Both the position numbers and the translations under genes were made by a program. A stretch of DNA of 24,017 nucleotides from the IMG/VR virus record IMGVR_UViG_3300039208_000042, positions 1 through 24,017 of that record; one strand, 5' to 3'. Source of the stretch: a virus (Duplodnaviria > Caudoviricetes). A model generated the notes under the pieces. The model saw only the letters and a program-made list of their open reading frames with translations. It did not search any database and had not been told where the DNA came from. The first letter of the stretch is position 1. Each line of letters begins with the position of its first letter. Shown one piece after another: positions 8,721-15,772 of this stretch.

Positions 8721-8987
8721 ATGATAAAATCCTTACGTGAAACTAATATACATATTAAAGACCCAGTACAAAGAGAAAAGTTAGTGCATAGATCTGTTAA
8801 GACATCTTGTGGGGCGGAAGGCATTGAATCAAGCGATGACTTGCACGAGAAGTTTGATCAAGACAGGGAGAATTGGTTATTGTTTGAAGCGCAGTGTGCA
8901 TTTAGAGAAATGTCAAACGAATCTTTACTCACTGCTTTGATGATGATAGAGGCCGAGATAGATGAAAGGGAGAATAGAAATGATTAA
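8721..8987 (+). CDS. Hypothetical protein (start revised from 8688 to 8721)
   Basis: GGGAG upstream of ATG 8721, which follows the previous stop at 8719. Contains SCGAEG (see findings). Confidence 0.6.
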   Translation: MIKSLRETNIHIKDPVQREKLVHRSVKTSCGAEGIESSDDLHEKFDQDRENWLLFEAQCAFREMSNESLLTALMMIEAEIDERENRND

Positions 8988-9357
8988 TGAGGAGAAGAAA
9001 ACCCTTAAGGATGTAGTTTCAGAACTAAATCGTACATTGTATGTTGGACAAGAGAATATTGCTGAGGACTTGCGCAATATAAGAGATGAATTAAGAAGTA
9101 TGCTGGAAGAAAGTAGAGATAGGGATTTTCATAGTAGAAAAACTATGACTATTTCTACTAGTGATCCTTATGAATTTGATCAATTAGCTAAAGCAAGCAA
9201 GATGCATTCTGCATTAGAAGCAATAAAAGAGTATCTTCGAGGGGTGACAAAATATGGATTAGATGAAGCTAGTGAAGAAACATACAATAAAGTTAGCGAG
9301 ATAGATGATCGAATTAGAGAGATTATCTATGAAGAAGTATATGAGGATGAATATTAA
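8980..9357 (+). CDS. Hypothetical helical phage protein (start revised from 8962 to 8980)
   Basis: GGGAG RBS at 8968-8972 before ATG 8980; stop overlaps the next ATG (TAATG). Confidence 0.65.
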   Translation: MINEEKKTLKDVVSELNRTLYVGQENIAEDLRNIRDELRSMLEESRDRDFHSRKTMTISTSDPYEFDQLAKASKMHSALEAIKEYLRGVTKYGLDEASEETYNKVSEIDDRIREIIYEEVYEDEY

Positions 9358-9860
9358 TGGGAAGGGCAGCATACGTACATGCAAAATCTCCTAAACATTA
9401 TTTGGATCAGAGATTAGATAAATCTGGAGATTGCTGGCTGTGGACAATAGGTACAGATAAAGATGGGTATGGACAATGTCATGACACTAAATACGGTAAG
9501 TTATTAAAATGTTCTAGGGCACATCAACTGTCATACCTTGCGTACAATGGAGAATATGACAGAAGTTTATTTATTTGTCATACATGCCACAACCCTTCTT
9601 GCTGTAACCCAGATCATTTATATGCAGGTACTGCGTTGGAGAACAATCAGGACATGGTTAGTGCGGGACGAGACGTCAGGCTAAGTAAGGAAGACAGTCC
9701 TAGAGCAAAATTAACACAAAAGCAGGTAGATGAAATAATGTCTTTAAAGGGAATTAAGACTTGTGTGGAATTATGTGAAATATATGGAGTTAGTTTTGGG
9801 CATATATGTAGAATATGGAGGAACGAAAGATGGGTAAAGCCCAGTACTACAAAAGCTTAG
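9357..9860 (+). CDS. HNH homing endonuclease with C-terminal HTH-like DNA-binding region
   Basis: CWLW...DKDGYG...RAHQLSY...ICHTCHNPSCCNPDHLYAGTALENNQDM (HNH_3-type), then AKLTQKQVDEI...ELCEIYGVSFGHICRI. Confidence 0.92.
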   Translation: MGRAAYVHAKSPKHYLDQRLDKSGDCWLWTIGTDKDGYGQCHDTKYGKLLKCSRAHQLSYLAYNGEYDRSLFICHTCHNPSCCNPDHLYAGTALENNQDMVSAGRDVRLSKEDSPRAKLTQKQVDEIMSLKGIKTCVELCEIYGVSFGHICRIWRNERWVKPSTTKA

Positions 9861-10210
9861 GGCGGAAAGGTCAAATGGAAATATCTAATAAGCTATTAGA
9901 ACGATCTCCTGGCCTCACCGAAGATGATTTTAGAAGTAATCCCATGGGAGCAGGAGGAGAAGACATTCTGCTGTCCTCAGCAGCAAGGAAGCTGTACCCA
10001 TGGAATATAGAAGTAAAGACACAAAAGAGTTTAACTGTGGAGAGGTGGTACCAGCAGGCTAAAGAACATGGAGCATACGAACCGGTTGTAATGTGCCGTC
10101 GGAATAAGACTCGTGGAGAGAAGTGTGATACTCCGTGGTATGGTGTATGTTCTTTAGATTATTTGCTGTATTTAAATGAATGCCGACTAAAAGTAGAAGG
10201 AAAATCATGA
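9830..10210 (+). CDS. PD-(D/E)XK endonuclease, putative Holliday junction resolvase (start revised from 9815 to 9830)
   Basis: KSLGR...SNPMGAGGEDILLS...WNIEVK...YQQA pattern of phage resolvases. GGAGG RBS at 9817-9821. Confidence 0.75.
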   Translation: MGKAQYYKSLGRKGQMEISNKLLERSPGLTEDDFRSNPMGAGGEDILLSSAARKLYPWNIEVKTQKSLTVERWYQQAKEHGAYEPVVMCRRNKTRGEKCDTPWYGVCSLDYLLYLNECRLKVEGKS

Positions 10211-10998
10211 AAAATAAAGCTAAGAAACTAATAATAGATATAGAGACCGCCCCACTAGTTACTGCGTCATGGGGAATAGGAGATCAAAGAATATCTCATG
10301 ATATGATACTAGAAGATCCCAGTATATTTATGGTTCAGTGGAAATGGGAAGGTAATAAGAAAGTGCATACTTTGGATATCACTGATTTTGATGGATGGGA
10401 GAAAAATTGGAGAGATGACGGTGACTTGGTGGCTGCTATTGCAGACGAAATAGATAGTGCTGATGTTATTGTTGGTCAGAACAGTAAAAGATTTGACGAG
10501 AAGTGGATTAAAGCTAAGTTATTAGCCCATGGCCTTGATGATACATTTGGGTACTTACACCACGATATACTATTGGCCGCAAGAAGACATTTTAGATTAA
10601 CTAGCTATAAGTTAGATTATGTGGCTAAGTTTCTAGGTATCGGCGCTAAAATTCATACTGACTTATCTTGGTGGATGGATTTATTACAAAGTGCTGGGCA
10701 AGGCGACTGGAAAAGATTTAAGAGGAGAATCAATAAATTTAAGAAATACGGTAAACACGATGTTGTGCTAGCAGAACAAGTATACCATAAAATACTTCCG
10801 TATTGCCCGGAGTGGAACTCTATAATGGTGCCAGGACAAGTTAACGATCACTGTGATTGTGGAGGAAAATTCTTTAAGAACGGAACTAGGGTTTGCAGAA
10901 CTAATGGAGGAGTATATCAGCGCTATTGCTGTAATAAGTGCGGTAAGAGTAAGAGAGGATCAAAGAATATGATTACCTCGAAGGATAAATTACTGTGA
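10207..10998 (+). CDS. DEDD/RNase H-like 3'-5' exonuclease (RNase_H_2/YprB-like) with C-terminal zinc ribbon (start revised from 10180)
   Basis: ExoI IIDIET, ExoII GQNSKRFD, SYKLDYVA, ExoIII YGKHDV; C-terminal CDCG...YCCNKCG. ATG 10207 overlaps the upstream TGA. Confidence 0.85.
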   Translation: MKNKAKKLIIDIETAPLVTASWGIGDQRISHDMILEDPSIFMVQWKWEGNKKVHTLDITDFDGWEKNWRDDGDLVAAIADEIDSADVIVGQNSKRFDEKWIKAKLLAHGLDDTFGYLHHDILLAARRHFRLTSYKLDYVAKFLGIGAKIHTDLSWWMDLLQSAGQGDWKRFKRRINKFKKYGKHDVVLAEQVYHKILPYCPEWNSIMVPGQVNDHCDCGGKFFKNGTRVCRTNGGVYQRYCCNKCGKSKRGSKNMITSKDKLL

Positions 10999-11297
10999 TT
11001 AAACGTCCTACTAATTATTCAGGACATATTGCTCAAGGAGTGCCGAAGCTAGAAGATAGGCCTCCTATTGATTTTGAGCCAATAAAAAAGCCCCAACAGA
11101 CAAAGATTATGTCATTTGTTGAGGCTTGTATTCAAACAGTTATAGGCTTTAGTATAACTTTAATTGCGCAATACTTTATATATAAGTATTTTTATATTGT
11201 CGTATCCTGGGCTGATTTTATTACTATTGCATTGCTTTTTACCGGAATTAGTTTAATTCGCAGCTATATTATTAGAAGGATTTTCAATCACCTTTAG
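10995..11297 (+). CDS. Small two-helix membrane protein (DUF7220-like)
   Basis: QTKIMSFVEACIQTVIGF...LFTGISLIRSYIIRRIFN pattern with two hydrophobic segments. Confidence 0.65.
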   Translation: MIKRPTNYSGHIAQGVPKLEDRPPIDFEPIKKPQQTKIMSFVEACIQTVIGFSITLIAQYFIYKYFYIVVSWADFITIALLFTGISLIRSYIIRRIFNHL

Positions 11298-12694
11298 CTT
11301 TCTATAAAATCTCTATATGCAATAGTTGAAACTCTTAGTGTTGTATTAGCAGCATCAGATCTTACTCCTACTTGACTAGATGTATTTGTCATACACTCTA
11401 CTTGTATTGTAGTAAATGCATTTGTGTTACCCATAACATTAGCTATAGGAGCTGCACTGGTACTAGGAGCCTCGTCATTAGCGTCTTTTGATCTTATATA
11501 AACGTGGGCTTGTCCGCTGCCTATAGTACAAAAAGCATTCATTAGAGCTACAGTCTTGTAGTCTAAGGGCGTCGCCAGTGTAATATTTCCCGCCGTTGTT
11601 CCCAGGGTTGTAGAGTTATATTCGAGTCCCGGGTCTTTCCAATAAAAAGTATCTCCAACTTGAGTAAATTGTGTAATATTACTAGAGCTATCTGTTAATA
11701 CAGAACCAACTCGTCTATATCCACTGTAGCCGGTAGCATCTGCCAATAAGTTGGTGGCGGTAGTTGACGTGTCAAATCCGGCATCTATTGTACCATCCGC
11801 AGTTTTATGTATAACAAATACATGATACCACGTATCGGCACTTAGGGAGATTCCGGTTGGAAATCCACCAGCGTCATCCCCTTCTGCCCAGGACGCGTCT
11901 ATTTGTTTGGTAATGTCTGCTGTGAGATCAATATTGACTGCGTCGGCAACATCTCTCCAGTGGCCTTGCATAATTTTAATATCATGATCTGTATCCGTAT
12001 CATTTGAGATAACAGATATTGGATCTCTATAGTTTCTAGGAAATGTAGTATCTGCCGATTTTGCTACAAAAGATAGCTGCCCAGAACCATTTGTTTCAAT
12101 AACTTGATTGGCGCTGCCATCACTGTTAGGAAACTTAAGCCCAGCATTACCTAATGCAACAGAACCTGTTCCCTTTCCTTTTATGTTTAAATCAGTGTTA
12201 GAGTCGTCCCCTGTTACATCAATAGTAGGACCTGAACCAGTAGCAGCATTAGTCATCTGTATTTCATTAACTGCAGAAGCTGTTTTCTTAACTGCTAGCA
12301 CTTCATTACCGTTAGCGTCCTCTAACCCGTCTCCATCATCAAATTGAATTGATTTAGATTTGTATGCTGCAGTTAGTGGGTCTAATGTCCCTGCCACATT
12401 ATCATATGTTGTTGTAGTTCCTGTAGGAGGGTCTGTGTCTGTTGAAGTAGCTACAACTACTTTATATTTAGTGTCAGTAAGTAGCCATATATCGTGAGTT
12501 GGGCGACCATCAGAGCCTAGCACTACTGGATTAGCATTAGCGTTAGTGGCTGCTATTGCATCTGCCTGGGTAGGATATGTCGCTTTCTTAGTAGACGTAC
12601 CAGCTTCATAAAAGAATAACTGACCTCCATTGAGGTTCCCTGTACCATTGAAGTCCTCTACTCGAAAATCAACTGCGTTTAGTTTCCTTGCCAT
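11294..12694 (-). CDS. Tail fibre/spike with N-terminal virion-binding domain
   Basis: N-terminal LNGGQLFFYEAGTSTKKATY...NANPVVLGSDGR resembles podoviral head-binding domains. Thr/Ser/Gly-rich body with ADTWYHVFVI and YRRVGSV motifs. AAGGA RBS; last gene of the structural arm. Confidence 0.8.
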   Translation of the reverse strand: MARKLNAVDFRVEDFNGTGNLNGGQLFFYEAGTSTKKATYPTQADAIAATNANANPVVLGSDGRPTHDIWLLTDTKYKVVVATSTDTDPPTGTTTTYDNVAGTLDPLTAAYKSKSIQFDDGDGLEDANGNEVLAVKKTASAVNEIQMTNAATGSGPTIDVTGDDSNTDLNIKGKGTGSVALGNAGLKFPNSDGSANQVIETNGSGQLSFVAKSADTTFPRNYRDPISVISNDTDTDHDIKIMQGHWRDVADAVNIDLTADITKQIDASWAEGDDAGGFPTGISLSADTWYHVFVIHKTADGTIDAGFDTSTTATNLLADATGYSGYRRVGSVLTDSSSNITQFTQVGDTFYWKDPGLEYNSTTLGTTAGNITLATPLDYKTVALMNAFCTIGSGQAHVYIRSKDANDEAPSTSAAPIANVMGNTNAFTTIQVECMTNTSSQVGVRSDAANTTLRVSTIAYRDFIES

Positions 12695-12714
12695 ATTTAT
12701 TATCCTTTAATGTT

Positions 12715-12807
12715 TCAATAACTTGGTTTTACTGTTCTCAATTACTTGATTTTAATGTTTTTTTTAGTAAAAATTCATGCAATTTTTAATATAACTACTT
12801 GATTAAA
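12715..12807. repeat. Degenerate direct repeats with core ACTTG(A/G)TT
   Basis: TCAATAACTTGGTTTTA (12715-12731) and TCAATTACTTGATTTTA (12738-12754) match at 15/17; a third partial copy TAACTACTTGATTAAA lies at 12792-12807. Confidence 0.6.
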
Positions 12808-12840
12808 ATATATTATTTTTATTTGATTGGGTTTTGATTG

Positions 12841-12865
12841 AACTATCCGGAAATTCCGGATAGTT
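12841..12865. promoter_or_regulatory. Perfect 12-bp-arm inverted repeat, operator-like
   Basis: AACTATCCGGAA-A-TTCCGGATAGTT; arms are exact reverse complements with a 1-nt spacer. The repeat is directly visible, the regulatory role is inferred. Confidence 0.65.
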
Positions 12866-12870
12866 AATCT

Positions 12871-12925
12871 TAATGTGCTTTTTATAGCTCATTATAAGGC
12901 TTAATGGTCATTATATAGCGCATTA
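12871..12925. promoter_or_regulatory. Pair of 24-bp imperfect palindromes, TAATG-N14-CATTA
   Basis: TAATGTGCTTTTTATAGCTCATTA (12871-12894) and TAATGGTCATTATATAGCGCATTA (12902-12925), starts 31 bp apart. Confidence 0.55.
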
Positions 12926-13420
12926 TGTAATGTATACATGCGCCACGTCCTTAAAAGAACTCCAATCTCCGCCCCATTTCAATCCTACACTCTTTGCTTC
13001 TCTCCCCAGATCAGTCCAGAATTTATAGTCTAATTTAGAGGCAGGACCTGCCCACCCGTAGCGTTTATCAATAATATCTACGGCTTTACCGACTCTATGT
13101 GAGCTATTCATAGTCTTTGAGTAGCCCTTTCTTACCTTTTCCATCTGTTGAGCCTTAGTTCTATAGCCTTCAGCTACAATGGGTTGCCACCCCAGGTCTT
13201 GCATTTTTTGCAACAACTGGTCCACCTTACGAACTAGATCATCGTTAAGTTTATGTTTTGTGGACTGTACCCTAGACCAGGGTCCACGTTTGGTGTCACT
13301 TTTTGGCAGTTTCTGTATATTATTGGAGGTAGATTTTGTCAGTTTCTTCCTTTTCTGCGGGTATAACCCCAGTCTTTTAAGCTTTCTCGCCCAACTTTCT
13401 AATGTATGTCGTATTGCCAT
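12923..13420 (-). CDS. Endolysin, peptidase M15 family (L-Ala-D-Glu peptidase-like)
   Basis: EGYRTKAQQ, SSHRVGKAVDI (SxH...AxD zinc motif) and WGGDWSSFKDVAHV (D-x-x-H). AAGGA RBS. Confidence 0.9.
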   Translation of the reverse strand: MAIRHTLESWARKLKRLGLYPQKRKKLTKSTSNNIQKLPKSDTKRGPWSRVQSTKHKLNDDLVRKVDQLLQKMQDLGWQPIVAEGYRTKAQQMEKVRKGYSKTMNSSHRVGKAVDIIDKRYGWAGPASKLDYKFWTDLGREAKSVGLKWGGDWSSFKDVAHVYIT

Positions 13421-13430
13421 ATTTATCCTT

Positions 13431-13495
13431 TTTGCGTCGCATTTGCGGCGAATATGCGTCGTATTCTCCGCATATAGTGCCGTATAGGTTCCGCA
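13431..13495. repeat. Tandem 11-bp degenerate, self-palindromic repeats
   Basis: TTTGCGTCGCA, TTTGCGGCGAA and TATGCGTCGTA (13431-13463), followed by three looser units ending CCG(C/T)A at 13472, 13484 and 13495. Confidence 0.6.
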
Positions 13496-13499
13496 TACG

Positions 13500-13566
13500 T
13501 TTATTCCCGCTCGGTAACATTTTGATTAAAAATAACTATTTCCATCATTTTATTCCCGTACGGTAA
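13500..13566. promoter_or_regulatory. Two 18-bp direct repeats with pseudo-palindromic core TTCCCG-N2-CGGTAA
   Basis: TTTATTCCCGCTCGGTAA (13500-13517) and TTTATTCCCGTACGGTAA (13549-13566) differ only in the 2-nt spacer. Confidence 0.65.
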
Positions 13567-13570
13567 ATAT

Positions 13571-13663
13571 TTAACTAAATAAAAACACTAGTAGATATAC
13601 AATCAAAATAGCTACAATAATGCCCTCTATAGGTTCTTCCCTTACAGGGCCCCTACCGGCCAT
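13571..13663 (-). CDS. Putative 30-aa single-pass membrane peptide (not in the ORF track)
   Basis: MAGRGPVREEPIEGIIVAILIVYLLVFLFS*; ATG overlaps the end of the upstream ejection gene, AAGGA lies upstream, and the C-terminal 16 residues are uncharged and almost all hydrophobic. Confidence 0.5.
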   Translation of the reverse strand: MAGRGPVREEPIEGIIVAILIVYLLVFLFS

Positions 13664-15767
13664 TCTGCTCGTCCTTATCCTCACCTAGTAGGGTACCACC
13701 AGTGGAGGCAAATAACGCCGTGAGGGCCTTCGCTGCGGCTCCTACGCCCTGTTTACGCTTGATATCTACAATTCTCTGTGCATCACTAATCCATTTAGGG
13801 TCTAGGTATAGTTTTACCAGCGCTCTAGTTCTCATAGCCCTGAACATGTCATCTATGAGCCCACTCCTAAATACACCTCCGGCAAGGCCACCTACAGCGG
13901 CTCCTGGGGCTCCTGCTACGGCTCCTCCAGTAATGGCTCCTGCCCCTATACCTCCAGCTACTCGGCCAACAGCACTGTCTGTAGCCGTGCTAGAAGCTAT
14001 TTGCGCAGCTTCTTTCTTAGTAATAGCTCCAGTAACTTTAACCAGATCTCTAAGTCCTTGTAATTTCATAGGGTGCTGCTCTAAAGCAGTTTCTAGTAAT
14101 TTAACCTGTGCTTTATTTTTAAAGAACAGTTTATCTATTTGATCAGCCCACTTCCCTACTCTAGGCGTGCTGGCTTTATGTAATGTTTTAGAAATATGAT
14201 TATTTATAGCTGACATCCACAAAGCAGGGTCTTGTTGTTGAATTAAATCTCTAACGGCCTTAAAGTCATTAAGGTCTTGTGAGTCATCAAAAAGGTTTCT
14301 GGCTAATACCTTAAAGTCTAGATTCTTTCTACCCAGTATTTGATTTAACTTAGGTGATATACGAGATAAATGTTCATTAAATCCTTGCTTATATAATTCT
14401 CTAGCTTCTTTAAACATAGGAAGCTCTTTGTCTATAACAGTCTTTATTCTATCTGCCGCTAACCTGGCTTCATTGTCATTACGCCCCATATCATCTAAGT
14501 AACGTTTGACATTAGTCCACACTCCTCCAGATTTAAGTCCACTCTTATCTGCGAAGAATTTAACAAAGTCTGAGCCGTTATTAGCAGAACCTTGTCGGGC
14601 TATTTTAACAGTTTCTACAATTTTCTGCCCAACTTCATCGTTTGTGTTCATTAATTTAAGAAGTGCATCGTCAGATATTTGAGATGCATTAACAACGTCA
14701 TATGCTTTTTTAGATCTTATAAGAGCTTCAGCCTTAGCAGCTGCATTTGCTGAATCTACCTTACTTGATATATCTGAAACAATCTGATTATCAATACCTT
14801 CATCAAACTTGTCTGCTTTATTGAATATCCTGTTAAAGAAACTGAATATCTTAGAGTCATTTGATTTTAATATTTGTTCTTGTTGAACTAAAGCATCATC
14901 AATATCAGGAATTGCTCTGGCAATATCCTTTCCTCTAACTTGTGTCTTTAAAGAACCAGGCAATGCCTGTTCTGGTGTAAGCTGTGCTCCTACTCTTTGT
15001 GCTGCTTTAACAGTATCTTGGAATTTAGGATTTTTAGCAATTTCCTCCGATAATTCAATTAATGCCTTATCTCTAGAATTAAAGAAGTTACGAACTCCTT
15101 GTATACCCTTAGATATACCGCCTACTGCTCCCCCTAGAACTCCACCAATGCCTGCTCCTGTTGCTATACGGCGTAAAGTAGAATCATCCTCAGTGCCCCT
15201 TGCTGCTGTTGCTGATAGTGCTCCTACTCCAGCACCTCTAGCAGCTTGCGTTAATGCGCCTCCTGGGCCTGCTGCGACCAAAGGTCCGGCAAACTTAACT
15301 AGTGCTGATGATCTATCTGACACAGCTTTAGTTTCAGGAGTTAATACTCGGGCGAATTGCTCTCTTTCGATATCTATAGATGCTGATTTTTTCTTAGCCT
15401 CTTTAGATATCATTTCTGCCATAGACTCGTTGCCTAGGGCTTTCTGTGCAGTGGAGCCTAATTCTAATGCAGCCTTATATACTTCTTGCGCCGTATCTAG
15501 ACCTGCACGAATAACCCCAACACCTACATCTTCAGCTACCTGTCCCGCAGACAATAAGGCCAGTTTAACTGGATCATCTCGAGCTTCTGCTCGGGCTTGT
15601 TCTCCTCTACCAGTTCGAACAGGTTGTTGTTCAGTAGTTTGAACTTCTTGTGTTAATAAAAGATCATCTATTTGTTTATCAATATCTGAAACAGGATCTT
15701 TGTCTTTAGCGGTAGCTTGACCTATTTGTTGATCAAGAAGTGCGTCTATTGTAGAATCAATTGACAT
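13653..15767 (-). CDS. Putative internal virion / DNA ejection protein (P22 gp16-like position)
   Basis: Large, helical and Ala-rich, with glycine-zipper segments (GAGIGGVLGGAVGG; GGIGAGAITGGAVAGAPGAAVGGLAGG). Last of the ejection-gene run; assignment by synteny and composition. Confidence 0.65.
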   Translation of the reverse strand: MSIDSTIDALLDQQIGQATAKDKDPVSDIDKQIDDLLLTQEVQTTEQQPVRTGRGEQARAEARDDPVKLALLSAGQVAEDVGVGVIRAGLDTAQEVYKAALELGSTAQKALGNESMAEMISKEAKKKSASIDIEREQFARVLTPETKAVSDRSSALVKFAGPLVAAGPGGALTQAARGAGVGALSATAARGTEDDSTLRRIATGAGIGGVLGGAVGGISKGIQGVRNFFNSRDKALIELSEEIAKNPKFQDTVKAAQRVGAQLTPEQALPGSLKTQVRGKDIARAIPDIDDALVQQEQILKSNDSKIFSFFNRIFNKADKFDEGIDNQIVSDISSKVDSANAAAKAEALIRSKKAYDVVNASQISDDALLKLMNTNDEVGQKIVETVKIARQGSANNGSDFVKFFADKSGLKSGGVWTNVKRYLDDMGRNDNEARLAADRIKTVIDKELPMFKEARELYKQGFNEHLSRISPKLNQILGRKNLDFKVLARNLFDDSQDLNDFKAVRDLIQQQDPALWMSAINNHISKTLHKASTPRVGKWADQIDKLFFKNKAQVKLLETALEQHPMKLQGLRDLVKVTGAITKKEAAQIASSTATDSAVGRVAGGIGAGAITGGAVAGAPGAAVGGLAGGVFRSGLIDDMFRAMRTRALVKLYLDPKWISDAQRIVDIKRKQGVGAAAKALTALFASTGGTLLGEDKDEQNGR

Positions 15768-15772
15768 ATATA

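Noticed and set aside
12844-12862. HipB operator (TATCC-N8-GGATA)
   Set aside because: The spacer here is 9 nt (GGAAATTCC), not 8, so the specific assignment is unsupported.
12841-12865. Rho-independent terminator
   Set aside because: There is no U-tract after the stem on the transcribed - strand and only a weak one on +; kept as an operator-like palindrome.
12803-12892. 29-aa - strand ORF MSYKKHIKINYPEFPDSSIKTQSNKNNIF
   Set aside because: No RBS, and the sequence is explained by the DNA palindromes it crosses.
13431-13566. CRISPR or mini-array interpretation of the repeats
   Set aside because: Repeats are 11-18 bp, degenerate, with at most one spacer-like gap and no cas genes.
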